The notes: generated from the sequence alone by a model not told the origin. Numbered from the stretch's first letter, positions 1 to 9,894 are shown. The stretch: 64,000 nucleotides of DNA from Patescibacteria group bacterium (GCA_034658815.1 JAYEFY010000048.1:62020-126019), one strand, 5' to 3'. Translations and numbers: made by a program.

Positions 1-698
1 CTGATGTCCTTTTTCCGCTCTTCTTCAATTTCTTTTTCGAGTTTTTCAACTGCTGAGGGTCTTTTGTCCGGTTCTTTATCTTTATTTATCTCTTCAGGAT
101 CATTTCGAACAGTTTTTTGCGGTGCTTGCGGCGTCAAAAGTTCAGCCGCTTTTCTGACAACATTTTCAACAGCGCCCCAAACCGCGTCACCATCGCGCGG
201 GATAACAACAGTGACCTCATCTCCGAGCTCAATTTTAAAATATGTTGCCGCGGCAAGTAAAACTTTGTAAGTCTTATCTTCTGTCTTGATGACAAAGTTG
301 CCTCGCTCATCTTGCTTTACAACACCGATAAGAAATTTTCTTTCAACAGGGCCAATTTGCTTATACATAAAACCTCCATCGCTTGTGATGGTCAGCTTGA
401 GCATATCGCCTTCAACAAGCTTTGATTTCGAGGCATAATTTGCCGGTACGGGGTATTGTCTTCCGTCCTCGCCGATCATGATCTGACCGTCAAAAGTACC
501 GTGGATAACTTGCCCGTTAGACTCTGAGTGTGAAGCGGTTGTTGGTTTTTGAACTCCGTTTGCATCTTGGATCTGGTGGAGCATTTGCTTGGCAGATGTG
601 ATCGTGCGTTCGGCAGTAGCGATCATCTCCTGAAGCGAATTGATCTTTTCAAAATTATCCTGATCCTTTTTTGATCGGGAATTCTTTTTCGAAGCCAT
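1..698 (-). CDS. Conserved CPR hypothetical protein (3' end runs off the window); family often mislabelled L7/L12
   Basis: Not in the ORF track; translated manually. ATG at 698, MASKKNSRSKK...GTFDGQIMIGEDGRQYPVPANYASKSKLVEGDMLKLTI...YKQIGPVER, open to the window edge. Confidence 0.8.
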   Translation of the reverse strand, partial: MASKKNSRSKKDQDNFEKINSLQEMIATAERTITSAKQMLHQIQDANGVQKPTTASHSESNGQVIHGTFDGQIMIGEDGRQYPVPANYASKSKLVEGDMLKLTITSDGGFMYKQIGPVERKFLIGVVKQDERGNFVIKTEDKTYKVLLAAATYFKIELGDEVTVVIPRDGDAVWGAVENVVRKAAELLTPQAPQKTVRNDPEEINKDKEPDKRPSAVEKLEKEIEEERKKDI

Positions 699-929
699 AT
701 TTTTTTGTTTTGATTATTTGTTTTGACTTTTCTTTTTGGCTCTTTCTTCTTTTAGTATTATAGTTCACGCTGATTTTTAGCGCAAGGATATACTATAAAA
801 AAACATTGAGAGCCAATATCACAGTAAAACAAGCAACCAAATTTATGTTTGTTATTATTACTATATAAATGTAAATCTGACATATAATACTAACAAAGTA
901 TTGGAATTATGTCAAGCGAATGTGATACA

Positions 930-1042
930 AATTACCAATTCCAATATCTAATATCTAATTCTTGAGCATTAGTTTATGGAGTGTTGGATGCCAACCACAG
1001 ACTAGTCAGCCTTTGGCTGAGATATTGAGTATTGAATATTCA
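930..1042. repeat. Degenerate heptamer repeats in inverted arrangement
   Basis: ccaattccaatatctaatatctaat ... gatattgagtattgaatatt; a similar tract lies at 12645-12930. Confidence 0.45.
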
Positions 1043-1328
1043 TTCTCCTTGGCGCTGAAACACTTCTTATTCTCTATAAAAGGCCCCTTTAGTTTTTAAA
1101 TAAATGGTCTCTTGCAAGAATGGGCCGGTGTGAGTAAGATTTTGCGAATAGCCGGTAATTTTTGAAAAGGGGCTCTAAATTCTTGAATTTCCAGTGCGTG
1201 TATCTTGTCATATGCAACACAGATAATGAGAGAGCTGGACATAATGAACAAACCGTGTTAAGTTGAAGCGTGAAATAAAGGAATAGCTCGTTTTCAACTA
1301 AATATAAAAGGGGAGGGAGATAGTAAAA

Positions 1329-1868
1329 ATGCATAGAATTATTATTATTCCGGATGAAGGATATAGTAGATCCATTTACCAAAAGGCTGCTAGGATCTAC
1401 AAACATTTAACTGAATGCAATGATAGCAGCGATCCCATTATTATAGTCTCCGGTGCTACTCGAAATCCAGCTCAACAAAAAGCATCCAAGTTTAAATTTT
1501 TTTTGGAAGATTTTTTAAACATTATTCCAATAAAGGAACAACTGGATTATTTAGTGGGACAAAATATTCCAAAGAATTGTCTGATTCATGAAAGCCGCTC
1601 TCAAAATACAAGAGAGAATGCGATTAATTCACTTGGCATTCTAAAGAATTATGATTGTTCCATGATCTATCTGATAGGATCAATCAAGGGAATGTTGCGA
1701 AGATATCTGACTTTTCAAAAGGCAAAAAAGGATATGGGCTTGCGAGTTAAAATTATTCCTTGTCCGACTTGGAAGTTATTTCCAATTAAATTAACAGTTG
1801 CCAGATTGTTTTTAATTCCCGGGGAATTTGTTAGGATTTGGAAATATCATAAATTGGGACATCTTTAG
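1329..1868 (+). CDS. YdcF/DUF218 (ElyC/SanA-like) family protein
   Basis: IIVSG motif and HESRSQNTRENA (E-x-x-S-x-N-T-x-E-N-A) signature. Confidence 0.75.
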   Translation: MHRIIIIPDEGYSRSIYQKAARIYKHLTECNDSSDPIIIVSGATRNPAQQKASKFKFFLEDFLNIIPIKEQLDYLVGQNIPKNCLIHESRSQNTRENAINSLGILKNYDCSMIYLIGSIKGMLRRYLTFQKAKKDMGLRVKIIPCPTWKLFPIKLTVARLFLIPGEFVRIWKYHKLGHL

Positions 1869-1912
1869 TTGCCGAGAAAGATATAAAGAGGATTTACAAT
1901 CTTAACAAAAAC

Positions 1913-1962
1913 AAAGCTGTTTCTTCTGATCCTAAAAAGAGGGAAGAAGAAACAGCTTTTTT
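1913..1962 (+). terminator. Hairpin/intrinsic terminator
   Basis: 15-bp stem aaagctgtttcttct/agaagaaacagcttt followed by a T-run. Confidence 0.6.
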
Positions 1963-2044
1963 GATCTACGGTAACTGGTATTTGAAAATTGATATACGTC
2001 ATTTTCTTTGCGAAAAGTCCTAAAATATGCTAATATAGAGGTGT

Positions 2045-2557
2045 ATGAGCTTAATTGAATACAGGCTCAAAAGAAACTTTCGCGCTACCCGCGAACCGGA
2101 ACCCGAAACTCACAAGGATCTTGGGCAGAGGTTTGTTGTTCAAAAACATAACGCGTCGCATCTTCATTATGATCTTCGGCTTGAGATGAAGGACGATAAA
2201 ACCGGAGATGTCGCGCTGAAATCGTGGGCAATTCCCAAAAATATCCCTCTCGAAAAACAAGTCAAACACCTTGCGATTCAAACAGAGGACCATCCGGTTC
2301 GATATCTTTTATTTGAAGGGGAAATACCAAAAGGTAACTATGGAGCAGGTACAGTCGAAATATGGGATTCCGGGAAATGGGGAATGATGAAAGGAAGTGT
2401 TGAAAGCGGAGTGTTATCGTTCAATCTTTTCGGTGATCGAATTAAGGGACGCTACCAAATGATCAAAACAAGAGGATTTAAAAAAAATGAAGAGAAAAGC
2501 GGAAAAGATAAAAAACAGTACTGGCTCATTTGGAGAAAAGGCAATGAGATTGCTTAG
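2045..2557 (+). CDS. Stand-alone LigD 3'-phosphoesterase (PE) domain protein
   Basis: RFVVQKHNASHLHYDLRLE, LKSWAIPK, LAIQTEDHP, GNYGAGTVEIWD motifs. Confidence 0.9.
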   Translation: MSLIEYRLKRNFRATREPEPETHKDLGQRFVVQKHNASHLHYDLRLEMKDDKTGDVALKSWAIPKNIPLEKQVKHLAIQTEDHPVRYLLFEGEIPKGNYGAGTVEIWDSGKWGMMKGSVESGVLSFNLFGDRIKGRYQMIKTRGFKKNEEKSGKDKKQYWLIWRKGNEIA

Positions 2558-2683
2558 GAAATCATTGGAAACATTATTCTCTGCGTATCAGCAGGCAGGT
2601 ATTGGTCTCGAGTACTCGGAACCATGATATTTTTGATAGGAGTTATTTGGAAATAATTATAATACACGAAATACAAAAAAATA

Positions 2684-5341
2684 ATGTACCAAAACTGGCA
2701 TGCGCATGCGATTCAAAAAATTCTGAAACAATTGCGAAGTTCACAAAATGGGCTGAGTTCGGCATCAGCGGCTCGGCGGTACGCAAAGAATGGACCGAAT
2801 GTTCTTCCAAAAAAAAAGCCGCTGTCAAAAATCAGGCTTTTTCTGGAACAGTTCAACAATTCGCTGATGTTTATTTTATTCATTACGGTAGCGATCTCGT
2901 TTTTTCTCGGGCATTATTCGGATTCGATCTTTATTTCCATTGTGATCTTTATCAATACATTTGTTGGTTTTTACCAAGAGAGCAAAGCAAATAATTCTCT
3001 GCGTGCGCTGCAGAAAATGGTTCGCGTTAAAGTTCGAGTGATGCGTGATGGAAGGATGAAAGAGATCGACAGTGAACAAATTGTACAGGGAGACGTTATC
3101 TTTTTTAGCCCAGGCGACAAAATTCCGGCGGATTGCCGAATTATCAAATCGAAAGATCTGAAAGCAAACGAATCTTCATTAACGGGAGAATGGCTTTCGG
3201 TTAATAAAAAAATAGGAAAACTCGATCGGGAAACCGCCGTATCTGACAGGTACAACACACTCTTTATGGGCACGTCGGTCGAGATGGGCGAAGCGCGAGC
3301 TGTAGTCGTAAAAACAGGCGTGGAAACCGAGTTTGGAAAAATTGTAGAGCTTGTTAAGCAAACGGATGAGCCTCGAACGCCTCTTCAGAAAAAAATTGCT
3401 CATCTGTCGAGAGTTATCGGCATATTCATTATTGGACTGATAGCGCTTATTATTGCAGAGGGATATTTTATGGGTAAAGATATTGCCGAAATCTTTATTG
3501 CGTCACTGGCGCTGGCTGTTTCCGCAATTCCGGAAGGATTACTACCGGCTATTACGGTTGTTCTTGTTCTAGCCATGAGGCGCATTCTTAAACAAAGAGG
3601 AGTTGTCAAAAAATTGTCCGCGGCTGAAAGCTTGGGTAGTGTTACGGTTGTATGTTCAGACAAAACAGGCACTTTGACTGAAGGAAACATGAAAATGAGC
3701 CATATGGTTACTGACATGTCCGAACTGCTTCCCAATAAGAAATTCGAAAACGCCAATGTTTCCGGTAATCAGCAAAGATCAAACAAGACAGCTTTTACAA
3801 TCATATCTTTAACCAATGATGCGTACATTGAAAATCCGGAAGACGAGTTGCACGAATGGAAAGTAAGGGGATACTTCACAGACAAAGCGTTGCTTCTTGC
3901 CGGAGTGCAAGCAGGCTTTGATATTCAGAAGCTCGAAAAAGAATGTCCTCTGATCGAAAAGCAGAGCTTCAGTTCTCATAAGCGGTACGCGCTTTCCTTG
4001 CGCTCGAAAGGTTCCAAAAAGTATCTTTTTGTGGTTGGAGCTCCTGAAGAATTAATATCCCGTTCGAGTAATATCCACGCTGATGGTTCGCATATTGCGC
4101 TTGAAAAATCGGATAAAAAACATTTGCACAACAAAGTCGACCAAATGACCTCAAAAGGACTGCGTGTTATCGCCTGCGCGTACCGTGAATTGAAAAACGG
4201 GCAAAATGATAAATTAGACAGCCTGGTACACTCATTGTCGTTTGTTGGTTTTGTGGCTCTGCGTGATCCTATTCGCAAGGACGCGAGGCGGGCAATTTTA
4301 GAAATTCAGGAAGCCGGCATACGGCCGATAATAATAACCGGTGATCATAAGCATACGGCTATGGCGGTTGCTCGGGAGGCCGGAATCAATGTTTCTAAAA
4401 GCCAAGTGCTTGAAGGACGCGATATTGAACGAATGAACGGAGCTGAACTCAAAAAACATTCCAAAAGCGTTGCAATTTACGCGCGGGCGCTACCGGAACA
4501 TAAACTCAATGTTATCAAAGCCTTGCATCAAAACAATGAAATTGTCGCAATGTTCGGTGACGGAGTAAACGACGCGCCGGCGCTGAAAGCGGCTGACATC
4601 GGAGTGGCTGTCGGTTCAGGGACGGATGTTGTGAAAGAAGTTGCCGATGTTATTTTGTTAGATGACAATTTTAAAACGATCGTGAAAGCCATCGAACAGG
4701 GAAGAGTAGCGTTTGCAAATATCAGAAAGGTATTTATTTATCTTGTGGCCGATGACTTTACAGAGATATTTTTATTTTTAGGCGCCATGGCGCTTGGTTT
4801 GCCTCTTCCGCTTCTGGCCGCGCAAATTTTATGGATCAATCTCATTGAAGACGGACTGCCGGATATCGCGCTTACCACCGAACAGGAAACTGAGGATGTA
4901 ATGCGGGAAAAGCCAAGGAGGTCTGATGAGCCAATATTGAGTACGACAGTAAAAAAATGGATGATCGCGGTTTTTTCGATCAATAGCCTTATAACTTTTG
5001 CTTTTTTCTGGTTTTTATATCAAACAACTCAAGACATCGTCAAGACAAGGACACTGGTTTTTGCTCTGATGGCGTTTGACTCGCTTGCGTTCGCCTATTC
5101 AGTGCGTTCGCTTAAGAGGACAATATTTCGAAGAGATATTTTTTCCAACAAGATTCTTAATTGGGCTGTTGCCGCAAGTTTTTTACTTTTACTTGTGGCA
5201 ATATATGTTCCGTTCGCGCAAAAGTTTGTCGGAACTGTAGGAATATCATTATCGGGATGGCTTTTTGTTCTTGGCATCACATTTTTTGAAATTATCATAA
5301 TAGAAGTTGCGAAAAAAATAAGTTTTAAAAGCGCGGAATAG
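2684..5341 (+). CDS. Cation-transporting P-type ATPase (type IIA, Ca2+-like)
   Basis: ESSLTGE, IPEGL, DKTGTLT, TGD, GDGVNDAPALK motifs; multiple TM segments. Confidence 0.93.
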   Translation: MYQNWHAHAIQKILKQLRSSQNGLSSASAARRYAKNGPNVLPKKKPLSKIRLFLEQFNNSLMFILFITVAISFFLGHYSDSIFISIVIFINTFVGFYQESKANNSLRALQKMVRVKVRVMRDGRMKEIDSEQIVQGDVIFFSPGDKIPADCRIIKSKDLKANESSLTGEWLSVNKKIGKLDRETAVSDRYNTLFMGTSVEMGEARAVVVKTGVETEFGKIVELVKQTDEPRTPLQKKIAHLSRVIGIFIIGLIALIIAEGYFMGKDIAEIFIASLALAVSAIPEGLLPAITVVLVLAMRRILKQRGVVKKLSAAESLGSVTVVCSDKTGTLTEGNMKMSHMVTDMSELLPNKKFENANVSGNQQRSNKTAFTIISLTNDAYIENPEDELHEWKVRGYFTDKALLLAGVQAGFDIQKLEKECPLIEKQSFSSHKRYALSLRSKGSKKYLFVVGAPEELISRSSNIHADGSHIALEKSDKKHLHNKVDQMTSKGLRVIACAYRELKNGQNDKLDSLVHSLSFVGFVALRDPIRKDARRAILEIQEAGIRPIIITGDHKHTAMAVAREAGINVSKSQVLEGRDIERMNGAELKKHSKSVAIYARALPEHKLNVIKALHQNNEIVAMFGDGVNDAPALKAADIGVAVGSGTDVVKEVADVILLDDNFKTIVKAIEQGRVAFANIRKVFIYLVADDFTEIFLFLGAMALGLPLPLLAAQILWINLIEDGLPDIALTTEQETEDVMREKPRRSDEPILSTTVKKWMIAVFSINSLITFAFFWFLYQTTQDIVKTRTLVFALMAFDSLAFAYSVRSLKRTIFRRDIFSNKILNWAVAASFLLLLVAIYVPFAQKFVGTVGISLSGWLFVLGITFFEIIIIEVAKKISFKSAE

Positions 5342-5354
5342 CAGCAAAAGTTTA

Positions 5355-5469
5355 GAGCCTGTCTGAGAACCCCATATCCTGCTGCAATTTCTCCTCCAGA
5401 GGCGGACAAGCATATTTTGGCTGTCCCGCTTAGGCGGGATCGCAACGAAGAGGGTTTTCAGACAGGCTC
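5355..5469. mobile_element. MITE-like repeat family A, copy 1
   Basis: TIR gagcctgtctgagaaccc/gggttttcagacaggctc, flanked by TTA/TTA; homologous to 14365-14481, 39958-40080 and 55025-55222. Confidence 0.8.
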
Positions 5470-5530
5470 TTAAAACAAAAAGCATTGTTGAAAAAAATAT
5501 CTTATGTTATCCTATAGTATAGTCCGTTAA

Positions 5531-5605
5531 GAGACTGCTCCCAAACGCTCTTCCTGCTGCAATTCTGAAATTTCGCAGCGAAATACGATACTTGGAAACA
5601 GTTTC
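5531..5605. repeat. Short MITE-like element, hybrid of families A and B
   Basis: Family-B-like ends (gagactgctcccaa ... ttggaaacagtttc) with a family-A-like core (cctgctgcaatt ... tcgcagcg). Confidence 0.55.
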
Positions 5606-5634
5606 ATAAAACTAATAGTTTCTACTTCTAAATC

Positions 5635-8073
5635 ATGGGAAAAAAATCGAAACAAGATGCAATAGACGTTCAAAATGACCAGGAGGAATATCCGGCATTA
5701 GACCATGGCGTAAAAAAGAGCATTTTTGCGGTATTGCTTTTAATGCTTGCCGTGATATTTATTTTAAGTTTGGTTGATCTGGCGGGAATTGTCGGACAGC
5801 ATATAGACAAGGGTATTGCGTTTCTGTTCGGATGGGGAAGATTTGTTCTGCCTTTAGTGATGATCGTTCTTGGAACGCTTTACTTCAAGAAAATGCAGCC
5901 AATTCGCTATACGCTTGCGGCAGTGGGAGCTATCCTATTTTTTTTAATGTTTCTCGGCCTTGTGCACATAACGAAAGATATGGATGGCATGGTCATCCAA
6001 GCTAAAATAGGCTGCGGCGGAGGTTATGTGGGTCTTGGGATCGCTTATCCTTTAGCGCATTATCTCGGAAAAATCGCCGGTGTAATTATTCTTGCAGGTT
6101 TTTCATTGATTGGGATAATGCTCATATTTAACGCTCCGCTTTATCAATTCATTGAGTTGGTAAGATCAAAAATTCCGGAAAGAAAAAAGGATAAGGAAGC
6201 GAATGGCAAGGAAGGCAAAGAAGATCTGGAAGATAAGAAAGATCAAGAAGATAAGGAGAACGGAAAGGATGCCATCGGAGAGGACATTAGTAAGACGCAA
6301 AATAATAACGAAGAAAAGAATGACAGTCAGATGGAGCAGTCAAAGCAACAAGAAGATTCAGATGAAGACAATAAAAAACACGCCGATTTATCCAACAACA
6401 TCAAAACATTTTCTTTTGATGACCGATCGGAAGATAAATTGTTTAAAACAGTACAGGGGCAATTCTTAGAAGGGAAAAAACAGGATGAGTTAAGACAGAG
6501 AAGCAATGCTTACGCTAAAACTCTGTGGAGTTCTCCTCCTTTTAACTTACTTAGGGGAAATAAAGAGCGTCCTCATCAAACCAATCTTGATCAAACAGTG
6601 GATATAATCAAAAGTACTCTGCATAATTTTGGAATCGAAGTAGAACCAAGCGAATATCATATTGGTCCCACCATAACACAGTTCACTTTCAAGCCGGCAA
6701 ACGGGGTGAAGCTGAGCAGAATTCTCGCGCTGCAGGACAATCTTGCTTTGGCTCTTGCCGCACATCCTGTGCGTATTGAAGCTCCAATACCCGGGAAATC
6801 ATTAATCGGTATTGAGGTTCCCAATGAAACCAAATCACTTGTCCAATTGCGTACGATGCTTGAGAGTGACGCGTTCAAAAAGAGACCTTCTAACTTAAGT
6901 ATTATATTAGGAGAAGATGTCAATGGACTTCCAATGTTGGCGGATATTAAAAAAATGCCGCATTTGCTTATTGCCGGATCAACCGGAACAGGAAAAAGTA
7001 TTTGTATCAATGCGATACTAACGACTTTATTGTATCAAAATTCGTTTAAAGATCTGTGCTTGATCCTTATTGATCCGAAGCGAGTTGAATTATCCATGTA
7101 TAAGGGTATTCCTCATCTCTTAACGCCTGTAATTACCGAACCTCAAAAAGTTGTCAATACGCTTCGCTGGTCCGTTGATGAAATGGAAAAAAGGTTTTGC
7201 CTGCTTCAAGAAGTTGGCTCCAGAGATATTCACTCATATAATAAAAAGGTCAATGAAGGGGAAAGGCGCCGAGTTATTGATAAAGAAACAGGAGAAGAAA
7301 AAAAGGAGATAATGGAAAAAATGCCATATATCATTATTGTAATAGATGAACTTGCGGATCTAATGGCGGCTTACGCGAAAGATATTGAAGGACCGATTGT
7401 GCGGCTTGCGCAGAAATCCCGCGCGGTAGGCATCCACCTGATTGTTTCCACTCAGCGACCATCAGTCGAAGTTATTACCGGGTTAATTAAAACAAATATC
7501 GCAACTCGAGTCGCGTTTCAAGTTCCAACGCAAATCGACTCACGGACAATTCTGGATATGGCAGGCGCTGAAAAACTGTTAGGCAACGGGGACATGTTAT
7601 TTCTAAGCGCTGATGCCGCCAAACCGCGAAGAGTTCAGGGAGTTTTCATATCAGAAAAAGAAATAAAAAGAGTCGTAAAATTTATCAAAGAGCAAGCAAA
7701 AGAGATCGATTTTGATGATGGTAAGAATCTTTCAGTATCTCTTAAACAGCAACTTGAAAGTTCAGCCAGTACTCCCGGTGGTCTTGGATCAGAGAGCACC
7801 CATGATGAAGAAATCTATAAACAAGCGAAAGAAATCGTAATACAGGCAAAAAAAGCGTCAACGTCAATGTTACAAAGAAAACTCAGCATTGGCTATGGAA
7901 GAGCGGCGAGAATCATTGATATATTGGAAGAAAATGGCATTGTAGGTCCGCCTGACGGAACAAAACCGCGCAAGCTATTGATTGACGTGAACGAGAACGT
8001 GTTGTATGGAAACAATAATAAGGAAGACCAAAAGAAAAGAGATAAATGGGCTAGAGACGAAAACGTTGATTAG
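5635..8073 (+). CDS. ftsK: DNA translocase FtsK/SpoIIIE
   Basis: N-terminal TMs, PHLLIAGSTGTGKS, IIVIDELADLM, TQRPS, gamma domain IGYGRAARIID. Confidence 0.96.
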   Translation: MGKKSKQDAIDVQNDQEEYPALDHGVKKSIFAVLLLMLAVIFILSLVDLAGIVGQHIDKGIAFLFGWGRFVLPLVMIVLGTLYFKKMQPIRYTLAAVGAILFFLMFLGLVHITKDMDGMVIQAKIGCGGGYVGLGIAYPLAHYLGKIAGVIILAGFSLIGIMLIFNAPLYQFIELVRSKIPERKKDKEANGKEGKEDLEDKKDQEDKENGKDAIGEDISKTQNNNEEKNDSQMEQSKQQEDSDEDNKKHADLSNNIKTFSFDDRSEDKLFKTVQGQFLEGKKQDELRQRSNAYAKTLWSSPPFNLLRGNKERPHQTNLDQTVDIIKSTLHNFGIEVEPSEYHIGPTITQFTFKPANGVKLSRILALQDNLALALAAHPVRIEAPIPGKSLIGIEVPNETKSLVQLRTMLESDAFKKRPSNLSIILGEDVNGLPMLADIKKMPHLLIAGSTGTGKSICINAILTTLLYQNSFKDLCLILIDPKRVELSMYKGIPHLLTPVITEPQKVVNTLRWSVDEMEKRFCLLQEVGSRDIHSYNKKVNEGERRRVIDKETGEEKKEIMEKMPYIIIVIDELADLMAAYAKDIEGPIVRLAQKSRAVGIHLIVSTQRPSVEVITGLIKTNIATRVAFQVPTQIDSRTILDMAGAEKLLGNGDMLFLSADAAKPRRVQGVFISEKEIKRVVKFIKEQAKEIDFDDGKNLSVSLKQQLESSASTPGGLGSESTHDEEIYKQAKEIVIQAKKASTSMLQRKLSIGYGRAARIIDILEENGIVGPPDGTKPRKLLIDVNENVLYGNNNKEDQKKRDKWARDENVD

Positions 8074-8118
8074 AAAAAATGTCTAGGGGGGGCTTTCTAA
8101 ATTGTTTCATCATATCAC

Positions 8119-8817
8119 ATGTTGCTTGGAGGACTGCAAAAATTAACTCTGATCGATTATCCGGGTAAAATTGCCGCGACAGTGTTTACGGTCGGATGCA
8201 ATTTCCGTTGTCCATTCTGCCATAATCCTGAACTTGTTCTTGCGTGTCATAGAGCAGAACATAAGCTGTTTCCCGAAGAAGAATTTTTCGCGTTTATTGA
8301 CAAGCGAAAGAAGAAACTGGATGGTATTTGCATAACCGGCGGCGAACCGATGATCCAGCAAGATATTCTGGAGTTTATTCGGAAAATAAAAGACAGAGAA
8401 TTCTTGGTAAAACTTGATACAAATGGAGCCTACCCTGATGTTCTTAAAAAAGCTTTCGACATGGAACTTGTGGATTTTGTCGCAATGGATATAAAAGATT
8501 CCATTGAGCATTATTCAAAAGCATGTGGTGTTGACGTTGATACTGAACGAATAAAACTTAGCGTTAAACTTATACGAAGTTCAAGGGTTGATTACGAGTT
8601 TCGCACAACTGCTGTTCCGGGAATTCATACCTATAGTGATTTCGAGAAAATAGGGTTATGGCTCAAAGGATCAAAGAAGTATGTTATTCAAAAATATCAT
8701 GACGAAGGAAAAATTCTTGATGAAAAATTAAGAATAAGGCAAAAGAACAAAACAATAAATTTGGAAAAAATAAAGCAAAAGGCTCTTCCTTATTTTGGTC
8801 ATGTCGAAATACATTAA
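8119..8817 (+). CDS. nrdG: Anaerobic ribonucleoside-triphosphate reductase activating protein (radical SAM, NrdG2 type)
   Basis: GLQKLTLIDYPG, CNFRCPFCHN, ITGGEP, KLDTNG, YEFRTT. Confidence 0.85.
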   Translation: MLLGGLQKLTLIDYPGKIAATVFTVGCNFRCPFCHNPELVLACHRAEHKLFPEEEFFAFIDKRKKKLDGICITGGEPMIQQDILEFIRKIKDREFLVKLDTNGAYPDVLKKAFDMELVDFVAMDIKDSIEHYSKACGVDVDTERIKLSVKLIRSSRVDYEFRTTAVPGIHTYSDFEKIGLWLKGSKKYVIQKYHDEGKILDEKLRIRQKNKTINLEKIKQKALPYFGHVEIH

Positions 8818-8923
8818 GTATCTAAGTTCTAACAAGAAGATTGGCGAAGATACTAAATTCAACGCAACAGAAAGCGAGCCTCATTTCCAATTTTTTGAAT
8901 ATTTAAGAAGTAATCTACGGTAT

Positions 8924-9292
8924 ATGAACAAAAAGAACAAGCTTATCGAAATTCAAAGGGAAATTGACAGAAAGATGGGGAATGAAATTATATTGGATAA
9001 GATCAGATCAGGTGAATACAGACTGCGAACAGGAGAGGCACTTGCCCTGGAGGATAGGCCGAGCTTTTATTCAGACAGGTTTGATAAAGAATTTGAAGAT
9101 ATCGTGAAATATATAGATCAGAACGAAAAACTGGATCTTAATAATCGCGAAATGAAAGGTCACGCTAACGAGCTTAAGCTACAAATGGATGAAGGAAGAG
9201 ACAAGTTGACAATGCGAATTAAAGAAAAAGACGGAAAAGAAAAAAGCGGGGAAAGCGGGAAAGAAAAGAAAAGAAAAAAGTCATTTTTTTAA
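8924..9292 (+). CDS. Hypothetical protein, paralog 1 of a local ~100-aa domain family
   Basis: ATG at 8924 preferred over the TTG at 8795 that overlaps nrdG; aligns with the 9541 and 9895 ORFs. Confidence 0.7.
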   Translation: MNKKNKLIEIQREIDRKMGNEIILDKIRSGEYRLRTGEALALEDRPSFYSDRFDKEFEDIVKYIDQNEKLDLNNREMKGHANELKLQMDEGRDKLTMRIKEKDGKEKSGESGKEKKRKKSFF

Positions 9293-9302
9293 GAATTACG
9301 GC

Positions 9303-9524
9303 ATGAAAATTTCAGTTCAAGTGCATACGCGAAGCAACAAAAGTGAAGTGGCTAAAAAAAGAGAGGGCGAGTATGATATTTATACTACCAAGCTTCCCCA
9401 AAAAGATGCTGCGAACAAAGCGATTATCAAATTGCTGGCGGAATATTTTGATGTTACCCAAAGTTGTGTTTTGATCAATAAAGGCAGGATATCAAATAAA
9501 AAAATAATTGAGATTATACAATAA
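9303..9524 (+). CDS. DUF167/YggU family protein
   Basis: MKISVQV...P..DAANKAIIKLLAEYFDV...I.KG..S.KK pattern; 73 aa. Confidence 0.85.
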   Translation: MKISVQVHTRSNKSEVAKKREGEYDIYTTKLPQKDAANKAIIKLLAEYFDVTQSCVLINKGRISNKKIIEIIQ

Positions 9525-9540
9525 TAATTTATAAAAAGTT

Positions 9541-9846
9541 ATGAGAAAACATGTGAAAATTGAACGTATTGTTAATCCCCGCCTTGAAGGCAGTGATGTG
9601 CGTGTTAAAAAAACGGGAGCTAATTCTTACCAGATAACAACCGGCAAGCCTGAAAAGCATAAGTTTTCACGATTTAGTTCAAGGCGGGATTCTTTTGACA
9701 GAAAGTTTATCGAGGAATATAATCGCGTCGCGGAACGTGATGATTATTTTGATCTGGGGCATCGTGATACGAAGGACAGCTTAGGCGGTTTGAGAGAAGG
9801 TCTTGAGCGCGGGGATTCGAATTTTGATCTTAAAGTCAGGGAATAA
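9541..9846 (+). CDS. Hypothetical protein, paralog 2
   Basis: Shares ER...RL.G, TGK, RR..FDR.F, D...RD and G.RE.LER.D with the next ORF. Confidence 0.75.
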   Translation: MRKHVKIERIVNPRLEGSDVRVKKTGANSYQITTGKPEKHKFSRFSSRRDSFDRKFIEEYNRVAERDDYFDLGHRDTKDSLGGLREGLERGDSNFDLKVRE

Positions 9847-9894
9847 CTAAAAATTATGGGCAATCAACAAAAAATTATTAACCATATCAAAACC

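Noticed and set aside
4-270. Plus-strand 88-aa ORF, and the many short antisense or overlapping ORFs in the track
   Set aside because: Shadows of real genes on the opposite strand or frame; S/F-rich composition mirrors K/E-rich sense proteins.
1089-1406. Minus-strand 105-aa ORF
   Set aside because: Overlaps the start of the DUF218 gene and has no recognisable motifs.
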